The position numbers were made by a program, and so were the translations under genes. From Desulfobacterales bacterium (GTDB taxonomy: Bacteria; Desulfobacterota; Desulfobacteria; Desulfobacterales; SpSt-501), in assembly GCA_037481615.1 (NCBI GenBank), contig JBBFLI010000018.1: DNA of 64,000 nucleotides. One strand, given 5' to 3'. The notes beneath the pieces were generated by a model. That model was not told the origin of the DNA and did no database searches. It saw only the letters and a program-made list of their open reading frames with translations. Shown here piece by piece: positions 18,423 to 26,105 of the stretch (position 1 is the stretch's first letter; each line of letters opens with the position of its first letter).

Positions 18423-20057
18423 TCACACGACATAGGCGATCTTGAGCCTTTCGGCGATGCGGGGGTCATCGACGCCGAGAGCGTCGGACATGCCGATCGG
18501 GAGCGAGGTGGAACGGCCCAGCGGGGCGACGATCTTCTTGAGCTCGGTGTCGAAGGCGACGAAGCAATCGACCAGCCGCTGGGCGACGTCGTCCACGTCC
18601 AGGCGGCGGTAGAGGCGCGGATCCTGCGAGGTGATCCCTTTCGGGCAGAGCCCGATGTTGCAGATGTTGCAGCGGTCGGACTCGGATCCCAGACAGCCGG
18701 CGGCGGCCTGCATGATGTACTTTCCGACCTGGACCCCGCTCGCGCCGAGCATGATGAGGGCGGCGGCGTTGGCGGCGAGGTTCCCGGTCTTGCCCACCCC
18801 GCCGCCGGCGAAGAGCGGCAGCTCGTTCTGCATGCCCAACCGCACGAGCGTGAGGTAGGCGTCGCGGATGTTCGAAGCGATCGGGTGCCCCATGTGGTTC
18901 ATGGAGACGTTGTAGGCCGCCCCCGTGCCGCCGTCCTCGCCGTCGATCGCCAGGGCCGCGGCGTAGGGGTTGCGCGTGAGGTTGTTCAGGACCGCGAGCG
19001 CGGTCGAGGTGCCGGAGATCTTCGGGTAGACCGGCACGCGGAACCCCCAGGCCATGCTCATCGACTGGATCATCTTCGCCACCGACTCCTCGATCGAGTA
19101 CTGCGTCTGGTGGGTCGGCGGGCTGGGCAGACTCACCCCCGGGGGGACGCCCCGGATCGCGGCGATCAGTCGGTTCACCTTGTGCGCCATGAGCAGGCCC
19201 CCGTCGCCGGGCTTGGCGCCCTGGCCGTACTTGATCTCGATCGCGCAGGGGTCGGCCTTCATCTCCGGGATGGCATGCAGGATCTCGTCCCAGCCGAAGT
19301 AGCCGCTCGCGATCTGCAGGATGACGTACTCGAGGAAGCGCGAGCGCAGCAGCCGCGGCGGGCAGCCCCCCTCGCCGGTCGAGACGCGCACGGGCATCCC
19401 CAGCTCCTCGTTCAGGTAGGCGACCCCGAGCTGCAGCCCTTCCCACATGTTCGGGGAGAGGGCGCCGAAGGACATCCCCCCGATCACCAGGGGGTAGATC
19501 TCGCGCACCGGCGGCACCCAGCCGTGCTCGCGCTCGTGCCGCAGCGCCGCCTCGGGCGGCAGCACCCGCCCGAGGAGCGTGCGCAGCTCGAACTCGTGCC
19601 GGCCGGCGTCGAGCGCCGGGTCCGTCAGCATGGAAATGCGGATGAATTTGATGCGGTCGAGCACCGTGCCGGGCACGTTGCGGCGGCCGCCGCGGCGCCG
19701 CGGCTGCCCCCCGCGGTCGACGTGGAAGCGCAACTTGTCCGCCTCGTCGGTCCGCATCGGCCGGATCGCGTGGTTCGGGCAGACGAGATTGCACATGGCG
19801 CAGCCGACGCAGGCGTAGGCCGGGTCGGTCCGCTGGCGGATCCCGTAGTAGGAGCGGGTCTCCCCGGCGGTGACCGCCCCGAGATCGGCCGGCGGCTCGA
19901 GCAGCCGCTTGCGAAAGACGGCCAGCTCGATCGCGTGCACGGGGCACACGGCCGTGCAGCGTCCGCACAGGGTGCAGGCCTCGCGGCTCCATTCGACCTG
20001 CCAGGGAAGGTCCTTGACGCTCAGTGTGGAAGGGGCAAGGGGTCTTTCTGACTGCAT
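18423..20057 (-). CDS. Glutamate synthase FMN/central domain subunit (GltB2-like) with an N-terminal ferredoxin domain
   Basis: CTLCGRCTAVCP and CVGCAMCNLVCP are followed by the glutamate synthase core (KYGQGAKPGDGG, DGEDGGTGAA). The real start MQSERP is internal to the 800-aa track ORF. Confidence 0.85.
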   Translation of the reverse strand: MQSERPLAPSTLSVKDLPWQVEWSREACTLCGRCTAVCPVHAIELAVFRKRLLEPPADLGAVTAGETRSYYGIRQRTDPAYACVGCAMCNLVCPNHAIRPMRTDEADKLRFHVDRGGQPRRRGGRRNVPGTVLDRIKFIRISMLTDPALDAGRHEFELRTLLGRVLPPEAALRHEREHGWVPPVREIYPLVIGGMSFGALSPNMWEGLQLGVAYLNEELGMPVRVSTGEGGCPPRLLRSRFLEYVILQIASGYFGWDEILHAIPEMKADPCAIEIKYGQGAKPGDGGLLMAHKVNRLIAAIRGVPPGVSLPSPPTHQTQYSIEESVAKMIQSMSMAWGFRVPVYPKISGTSTALAVLNNLTRNPYAAALAIDGEDGGTGAAYNVSMNHMGHPIASNIRDAYLTLVRLGMQNELPLFAGGGVGKTGNLAANAAALIMLGASGVQVGKYIMQAAAGCLGSESDRCNICNIGLCPKGITSQDPRLYRRLDVDDVAQRLVDCFVAFDTELKKIVAPLGRSTSLPIGMSDALGVDDPRIAERLKIAYVV

Positions 20058-21151
20058 ACGCGGACCTCGCGCCGCTCGGGATCGACCACGGCGGTCTCCA
20101 GGTTCATCGGTTGCACATCGCGGCTCTTGTCGCGGAGCGGAATCGCCGCGTCCAGGCCGCAGATTTCGGAGGAAAAGGCGAAGAGACCGGGTTTGCCGCC
20201 GACGACTCCGGGGCGGAGCTTCTTGCGGTCCTGGACGAGGAAGAGGCTCCCGTCGGGGAGGCAGCCGATCACGCAGTTCGGGCCGTCGATGATCAGGGAC
20301 CGGCAGCACTGCTTGAGCCGTCGCAGCCACGGCCCGTTCGGGTGCTCGGCGAGTTCCTCGTCGGGCAGCGGGGTGATCACGTGCTTGTACGCCTCGATGC
20401 CGAGACCGAGCACCCGCCGGGTGTAGTGCAGGATGTGGGTGAAGACCTCGGAATCCGAGCGATACCCCGTGTAGCCCGGAAAGCCGCGCGACTCGAGAAA
20501 CGTGCGGATGGGGACGAAGGCGGTGTTCTCGCCGTTGGTCATGGTCGCAAAGCCCTGGAGGAAGAAGGGGTGGCAAGCGTAGAGGTCGATGCTGTAGTTG
20601 GTGTTCTGTCTGCCCTGGGCGAGGAGGATGCGCGCGTGGAGCTCCTTGCGGTCGAGCTGCAAGTGGCGGGCGACCGACAACGGGTCCCCGATCTCCTTGA
20701 TCAGGATCACGTCGGGCCAGAAGGAAAAGACGATCATGTCCTGCGCCTCCTCCCCCATGGCCCGCAACCGCAGCCGGACCATCATCAGCCGGTGCTCGAT
20801 CTCCTGCCGCGGCAGCCCGTCCCACTCTTCGGGCAGCTCATAGGCGCGGATGAGATAGATGTCGCGCCGCGGCACGCCCGGGGGCGGGGTCTTGGGGACC
20901 TTGATCGAGATCTTGTACTTCGTCATGAAGCCCAGATCCATCATCGTGGCATCAAGGCGCTTCAAGCCCGCTTCGCTGAAGATCCCCGAGAGAATGGGGG
21001 CGTCCTTCAACTCCTCGAAGGGGCCGCTCAGATCGCGCAGAAGCAGCCCGACGCCCGAGCCGTCATGCCCCTCGCGCATGACCTCCAGCGCCTGGATCGC
21101 CATCATGGGGGAGACGGGCTCCCGGCTGGTGACGGCAAACAGTCGGCACAT
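20021..21151 (-). CDS. Class II glutamine amidotransferase subunit of archaeal-type glutamate synthase (GltB1-like)
   Basis: Starts MCRLFAV (Ntn Cys2) behind a GGAAAGGAG RBS. Its 3' end overlaps the start of the next gene by 37 nt. Confidence 0.8.
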   Translation of the reverse strand: MCRLFAVTSREPVSPMMAIQALEVMREGHDGSGVGLLLRDLSGPFEELKDAPILSGIFSEAGLKRLDATMMDLGFMTKYKISIKVPKTPPPGVPRRDIYLIRAYELPEEWDGLPRQEIEHRLMMVRLRLRAMGEEAQDMIVFSFWPDVILIKEIGDPLSVARHLQLDRKELHARILLAQGRQNTNYSIDLYACHPFFLQGFATMTNGENTAFVPIRTFLESRGFPGYTGYRSDSEVFTHILHYTRRVLGLGIEAYKHVITPLPDEELAEHPNGPWLRRLKQCCRSLIIDGPNCVIGCLPDGSLFLVQDRKKLRPGVVGGKPGLFAFSSEICGLDAAIPLRDKSRDVQPMNLETAVVDPERREVRVCSQKDPLPLPH

Positions 21152-21170
21152 CGCTTCAGACTCCTTTCCG

Positions 21171-21201
21171 CGGCCTCCTTCCGCCCGACGGAAGGAGGCC
21201 G
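21171..21201 (-). other. Perfect 12-bp-stem hairpin in the leader, 20 nt upstream of the gltB1-like start
   Basis: CGGCCTCCTTCC-gcccgac-GGAAGGAGGCCG as read on the plus strand. One arm is Shine-Dalgarno-like (GGAAGGAGG). Confidence 0.5.
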
Positions 21202-21333
21202 GAGGGCCGCATGACGGATCAGCGGGATTCGGCGGACGCAATCGGTTTCGAAGAACGCGGGGCCCGTCGGAGGAAAACGCGATCGCTGCGGCGCCGGTGC
21301 CGCAAGCCGCCACTGCCCGACCCGACGGAGTGA

Positions 21334-21347
21334 GCAAAAGGCATGCC
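21334..21347 (-). promoter_or_regulatory. Sigma-54 (-24/-12) promoter candidate for the glutamate synthase-purF operon
   Basis: The minus strand reads cGGCAtG-cctt-TTGCT, against the consensus TGGCACG-N4-TTGCW. GG/GC spacing is correct, with two mismatches. Confidence 0.45.
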
Positions 21348-21367
21348 GGGAAAACCCTCGTCCTGGA

Positions 21368-21401
21368 CGGCCGCATCGGGTCGCCCGGCCGCATCGGGTC
21401 G
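21368..21401. repeat. Tandem direct repeat, 2 x 16 bp (CGGCCGCATCGGGTCG) separated by 2 bp
   Basis: Exact copies at 21368-21383 and 21386-21401, 20-50 bp upstream of the sigma-54 candidate. Confidence 0.85.
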
Positions 21402-21564
21402 AAAGCACGGCCGCCGGAGGCGGCACCGTCATCCCCCCTATGGAGGAAAAAAATCCGCAGGTCAAGCCTGTCCCACAAGGTCGTAACGCCCCGGACCCCG
21501 CCCGCTTACAAAAATGCAAGAAAAGACGATGTCCCCCCACCGCCCCCGGAGGGGGAGGCGGCGT

Positions 21565-21594
21565 TTGACAGGCTCGGGGCCTTTTCTTTATGCT
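21565..21594 (+). promoter_or_regulatory. Sigma-70-like promoter candidate for the M48 peptidase (TTGACA-N18-TATGCT)
   Basis: TTGACA at 21565-21570 and TATGCT at 21589-21594. Confidence 0.4.
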
Positions 21595-21650
21595 TGCTCC
21601 CCCCGGGGGGGGATCCGCCCCGCCTTCCACCCCCTTTTCAGGAGCAGAGC

Positions 21651-22988
21651 ATGGTTATGTCTCCCCTATGGGTCGATTCCGGCGGGGGTTGGACCCGTCG
21701 CCGCTTCCTCCGCGTGAGCGGCCTCACCGCAGCCGGCTTCCTCGTCGGCTGCGCGACCAACCCCGTCACCGGTCGAAGCCAGTTCATGACGGTTTCTGAA
21801 GACGAGGAGATCCGGATCGACCGGCAATTTGCACCGCGCCAGTTCTCGGAGGATTTCGGCACGACCCAGGACGCCGGTCTGAACGCCTACGTGGAGCGCG
21901 TCGGCCGCGCGCTCGCCGCCCGCAGCCACCGGCCGCAGATGCCCTTCTCCTTCCGCGTGGTGAATGCGACCTACATCAACGCCTACGCCTTCCCCGGCGG
22001 AAGCATCGCCTGCACCCGCGGCATCCTGCTCAAGCTCCACAACGAGGCCGAGCTCGCCGCCCTGCTCGGCCACGAGATCGGCCACGTCTCCGCCCGCCAC
22101 ACCGCCCAGCAACTCTCCCAGGGGCAGCTCTCCAACATCCTGGTCGGCGGCCTTTCGATCCTGGCCGACCTGACCGCCCCCGGTCTCGGCCAGGTGACCT
22201 CGACGCTGGGCGGCCTCGGGGCGGGCGCCTTTCTGGCGAGCTACAGCCGCGACAACGAGCGCGAGGCCGACGCCCTGGGGACCGCCTACAGCGTGCGCGC
22301 CGGATACAGCCCCGAGGGCATGGTCGGGCTGATGGAGATCCTGAACGGCCTGAACAAGTCGCGGCCCAACGCGATCGAGCTCATGTTCTCCACGCACCCG
22401 ATGAGCGAGGAGCGCTACCGCACCGCCGTGCAGACGGCCCGCGGCGAGTACGCCGGCGCGCGGGGCAACCCGCTGCACCGCGAGCGGTTCCTGGACGAAA
22501 CCGCCCGGTTGCGGGCCATCGCCGGCGCGGTCGAGGAGATGCAAAAGGGCGATGCCGCGCTCGGCAAGAAGAACTACGACCAGGCGGAGACCCATTTCCG
22601 CGCCGCCCTCCGCCAGGCCCCCGGGGATTACGCCGGCCTGCTTTCCATGGCCCGGTGCATGCTGCTGCAGAAAAAATACGCCGAAGGCGAACGCTACGCC
22701 CGCGAGGCGATCTCCGCCTACCCCCAGGAAGCCCAGGGCCACTTCCTGAGCGGGGTCGCCGCGCTGCAGCTCAGGCGCTTCGACGCCGCGCTCGCGGACT
22801 TTCAGGCCTACCGGCGCATCCTGCCTGGAAACCCGACGAGCGTCTTCTTCACCGGCTACGCCTTCGAGGGCCTGAACCGCAGAAGCGAGGCCGCCCAGGA
22901 ATACCGCCGCTACCTGCAGCAGGTCCGCCAGGGGCCCTACGCCCAGCACGCCGCCCAGCGGCTGCGCGAATGGGGCTACCTGCGCTGA
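21651..22988 (+). CDS. M48-family Zn metallopeptidase with C-terminal TPR repeats (BepA-like); Tat-type signal plus lipobox
   Basis: HEIGH zinc motif (LLGHEIGHVSARH). TRRRFLRV twin-arginine motif followed by LVGC. A TPR-like C-terminus. AGGAG RBS before the ATG at 21651. Confidence 0.85.
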   Translation: MVMSPLWVDSGGGWTRRRFLRVSGLTAAGFLVGCATNPVTGRSQFMTVSEDEEIRIDRQFAPRQFSEDFGTTQDAGLNAYVERVGRALAARSHRPQMPFSFRVVNATYINAYAFPGGSIACTRGILLKLHNEAELAALLGHEIGHVSARHTAQQLSQGQLSNILVGGLSILADLTAPGLGQVTSTLGGLGAGAFLASYSRDNEREADALGTAYSVRAGYSPEGMVGLMEILNGLNKSRPNAIELMFSTHPMSEERYRTAVQTARGEYAGARGNPLHRERFLDETARLRAIAGAVEEMQKGDAALGKKNYDQAETHFRAALRQAPGDYAGLLSMARCMLLQKKYAEGERYAREAISAYPQEAQGHFLSGVAALQLRRFDAALADFQAYRRILPGNPTSVFFTGYAFEGLNRRSEAAQEYRRYLQQVRQGPYAQHAAQRLREWGYLR

Positions 22989-23043
22989 GCGCGCGTTTCC
23001 CCCGGCGGGCCGGTCCCGCCGCAGGAGGAGGCCGTTTCGCATC

Positions 23044-25935
23044 GTGCATCCCCTGGACTCCCTGCCCGCCGATCTCGCCGCGACGGCCGAGGAGCGCTGC
23101 CGGGCGCTCCGCCGGGCCATGGAAGAGGCGGGGGCGGGCTGGCCGCTCGATCCCGCACGCGAAGGCGGGCTCGCCCGCGCGGCGCTGCTGAGCGATTTTC
23201 TCTACGAATCCCTGCGGGCCGACCCCCCGGCGCTCGCGGCGCTCCTGCGCGAGGGGGAGGCCGATCGCCCCCGCGCGGCGGAGCAAACCGCGGTTCGGGT
23301 CGCGGAGGCGCTCGCGTCCGCCGCCGACGAGGAAGAGGCCGGCTGCCGCCTTCGTCGGCTCCGTCGCCGCGAGCTCTGCCGCATCGCCTGGCGCGACCTC
23401 GCCGGGCTGGCGGATCTCGAGGAGACGGTCCGCGAACTCTCCGATCTCGCCGATGCCTGCCTGCACCACGGCCTCGCCTGGCTCCACGAACGGCTCTGCC
23501 GCGAGGCGGGCGTCCCCGAAGGGCCGGGGGGAGCCCCCCTGGGTCTCACCGTCATCGCGCTCGGCAAGCTCGGGGGCCGGGAACTCAACTTCTCCTCCGA
23601 CGTCGATTTGCTCTTCGCCTACGCCGCCGACGGCGAGACGCGGGGCGGGCCCACGGCCGTCCCGCACGGGGAGTTCTTCACCCGACTCGCCCGCCGGCTG
23701 GTCCGGCTGCTCGACCTCCCCACCGCCGAGGGGATCGTCTTCCGCGTGGATCTCCGGCTACGCCCCTTCGGCGAATCGGGGCCGCTCGTCATGAGCTTCG
23801 ACGCCCTCGAGCAGTATTACCAGGAACAGGGCCGCGAGTGGGAGCGCTATGCCTGGATCAAGGCCCGCCCGGCGGCCGGGGACCGGGCGGCGGGCGAGGA
23901 GCTGCTGCGGCGCCTGCAGCCCTTCGTCTACCGACGCTACCTGGACTACGGCGCCTTCGAGGCGCTGCGCGAGATGAAGGGCCTGATCACCCGGGAAGTC
24001 GCCCGCCGCGGGCTCGAGGGCAACATCAAGCTCGGCCGCGGGGGGATCCGCGAAATCGAGTTCTTCGGCCAATCCTTCCAGCTGCTGCGCGGCGGCCTGG
24101 AGCCGGCCCTGCGCGAGCGCGCGATCCGCAGGGTCCTCGCCGCCCTGGTTGCGCTCGGGCTGATCGACGAGGCGACCCGCCGGCTGCTCGACGAGGCTTA
24201 TGTCTTTCTGCGCACCCTCGAGCACCGGTTGCAGCAGCGCTTCGACCGCCAGACCCACGAGATCCCCCGGGACCCCCGGGAATTGCGCCTCGTCGCCGCG
24301 GGGATGGGGCATGCCGACCCCGAGGGCCTGCTCGCGGAGTTCAGCCGCCACCGCGAAGCGGTGCACGGACAGTTCCGCCTGCTCCTCGGGCCGGCCGAAG
24401 GGGACGGGGAGGCGGCCGGCTCGCTGGAAGCGGAACTCGCCGCCCTCTGGGAGATGCGCCTGGCGCCGCCGGAGGCCGAGGCGCTCCTGCGGCGCGCGGG
24501 CCATGCAGCCGCCGCGGAGGCCCTGGAGGTGCTCCAGACCCTGCAGGAGGACCCGGAAACGCGGGCACTCAGCGCCGCCGGCCGCCGCCGCCTCGACCGG
24601 CTCGTCCCGCGGATCGTGCTCGCCTCGGCGCGTGCGGCGAATCCCTTGGAGGCCCTGCGTCGCAGCTGCGACATCCTGCGGGCGATCGAGCGCCGCACGA
24701 CCTACCTCGCCCTGCTCCTCGAATCCCCCGCGGCGCTCGAGCGACTCGTCACCCTCGCCGGGGCGAGCCCGTTTCTCGCCTCCTTCATCGCCCGGCACCC
24801 GGTCGTGCTGGACGAGCTGCTCGTCCCCGAAGGGCGCTACCGGCCGGTCGGCCGCGAGGCGCTGCTCTCCGAGCTGCGCGGGCGGCTCGCGCGGACCGAC
24901 CCCGAGGACCTGGAAGCCCAGATCGAGGTGTTGTGCGTCTTCCAGCAGACCCAGGTGCTCAAGGCGGCCGCGGCCGACGTAAGCGGGCAGCTCGCCCTGA
25001 TGCGGGTGAGCGATGTCCTCTCCGATATCGCCGAGGCGGTGCTCGCGGCCGTGGTCGACCTCGCCTGGGGGCATCTGGTCGCCCGCCACGGCGAACCCGA
25101 GGCGCGCCTGGACGGCGTGCCCTGCCGCCCGGGCTTCGCCGCCATCGCCTACGGGAAGCTGGGCGGTCTCGAGCTCGGCTACGGCTCCGATCTCGATCTG
25201 GTCTTCCTGCACGCGGGCGCCGGGGAGTCGACGCGCGGCGGCCCGCGGCCGATCGACCCGGCGCAATTCTACAACCGCCTGGGCCAGCGGGTGATCCACA
25301 TCCTGACCGCCCACACCCGCGCAGGGCGCCTCTACGAGATCGATACCCGCCTGCGGGCGAGCGGGATCGCGGGCATCCTCGTCCAGCACGTGGACGCCTT
25401 CGGCGACTACCTGCGGCGGGAGGCCTGGACCTGGGAGCACCAGGCGCTGATCAAGGCCCGGCCGGTGGCGGGGGATCCCGCCGTCGCCGCCCGCTTCCAG
25501 GGCGTGCGCCGGGCGGTGCTCGGCCTGCCGCGCCCGCCGGAGGAGCTGCGCCGGGAGGTGTTCGCGATGCGCGAGCGCATGCGGCGCAGCGCGCCGGCGG
25601 GTTCCGCGGCGGAATTCGATCTCAAGCAGGACCCGGGCGGCATCGTGGACATCGAGTTTCTGGTGCAGCTGCTCACCCTGCGCCACGCCCGGCGCGTCCC
25701 GGAACTCTGCGCCTGGACCGATACCGTGCGGCTGATCCAGACGCTCAGCACCTTTCGGATCCTCGGCGAAATCGAGGCCCACGTGCTCAAGCACGCCTAC
25801 CTGATCTACCGCGCGGCCGCCCACCGCCTCGCCCTCCTGGAAAAGCCCCCCCGGGTGCCGGCGGAACGTTTCGCGCTCCTGCGCTCCCGGGTGCGGCAGA
25901 TCTGGGCGTGCGTCTTCCCCCCGCGGCTTTCATAA
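23044..25935 (+). CDS. glnE: Bifunctional glutamine synthetase adenylyltransferase/adenylyl-removing enzyme
   Basis: Two nucleotidyltransferase cores: GKLGGRELNFSSDVDLLF and GKLGGLELGYGSDLDLVF. About 960 aa. GTG start. Confidence 0.9.
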   Translation: MHPLDSLPADLAATAEERCRALRRAMEEAGAGWPLDPAREGGLARAALLSDFLYESLRADPPALAALLREGEADRPRAAEQTAVRVAEALASAADEEEAGCRLRRLRRRELCRIAWRDLAGLADLEETVRELSDLADACLHHGLAWLHERLCREAGVPEGPGGAPLGLTVIALGKLGGRELNFSSDVDLLFAYAADGETRGGPTAVPHGEFFTRLARRLVRLLDLPTAEGIVFRVDLRLRPFGESGPLVMSFDALEQYYQEQGREWERYAWIKARPAAGDRAAGEELLRRLQPFVYRRYLDYGAFEALREMKGLITREVARRGLEGNIKLGRGGIREIEFFGQSFQLLRGGLEPALRERAIRRVLAALVALGLIDEATRRLLDEAYVFLRTLEHRLQQRFDRQTHEIPRDPRELRLVAAGMGHADPEGLLAEFSRHREAVHGQFRLLLGPAEGDGEAAGSLEAELAALWEMRLAPPEAEALLRRAGHAAAAEALEVLQTLQEDPETRALSAAGRRRLDRLVPRIVLASARAANPLEALRRSCDILRAIERRTTYLALLLESPAALERLVTLAGASPFLASFIARHPVVLDELLVPEGRYRPVGREALLSELRGRLARTDPEDLEAQIEVLCVFQQTQVLKAAAADVSGQLALMRVSDVLSDIAEAVLAAVVDLAWGHLVARHGEPEARLDGVPCRPGFAAIAYGKLGGLELGYGSDLDLVFLHAGAGESTRGGPRPIDPAQFYNRLGQRVIHILTAHTRAGRLYEIDTRLRASGIAGILVQHVDAFGDYLRREAWTWEHQALIKARPVAGDPAVAARFQGVRRAVLGLPRPPEELRREVFAMRERMRRSAPAGSAAEFDLKQDPGGIVDIEFLVQLLTLRHARRVPELCAWTDTVRLIQTLSTFRILGEIEAHVLKHAYLIYRAAAHRLALLEKPPRVPAERFALLRSRVRQIWACVFPPRLS

Positions 25936-25990
25936 AAAAACAATTTTGTATTTTCAAAAAGTATCAAGAATACATTGTTGTCATTTTTGG
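25931..25990. promoter_or_regulatory. AT-rich island with an imperfect dyad, 70-130 bp upstream of the glnD sigma-54 promoter (possible activator/IHF site)
   Basis: cataaaaaaacaattttgtattttcaaaaagtatcaagaatacattgttgtcattttt. The arms CAATTTTGTATT and AATACATTGTTG match at 9 of 12 positions. It stands out against GC-rich flanks. Confidence 0.35.
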
Positions 25991-26060
25991 GGGCGGGCGG
26001 GCTTTTCCCGGAAGCCCGCAACCCCCGGATCCTTCAGGCTTTCAACGCCTCGGGCCCCGA

Positions 26061-26076
26061 TGGCACCCTCCTTGCT
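26061..26076 (+). promoter_or_regulatory. Consensus sigma-54 promoter TGGCAC-N5-TTGCT upstream of glnD-amt-glnB-glnA
   Basis: tggcac cctcc ttgct matches TGGCAC-N5-TTGCW exactly. GGAGGA (26089-26094) and GTG 26106 follow. Confidence 0.7.
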
Positions 26077-26105
26077 CTACCGCTTCCCGGAGGATTTCGT
26101 CGCCC

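Noticed and set aside
15906-20051. A 1381-aa plus-strand ORF antisense to purF and the glutamate synthase genes
   Set aside because: The composition is low-complexity and R/G/P/D-rich with no motifs. The opposite strand encodes highly conserved enzymes. It is a shadow ORF.
23838-26105. The N-terminal ~750 codons of the 1642-aa ORF that ends as glnD
   Set aside because: This part is out of frame with glnE, which has clear motifs, and is Arg/Pro-rich. glnD most plausibly starts at GTG 26106, downstream of the sigma-54 promoter.
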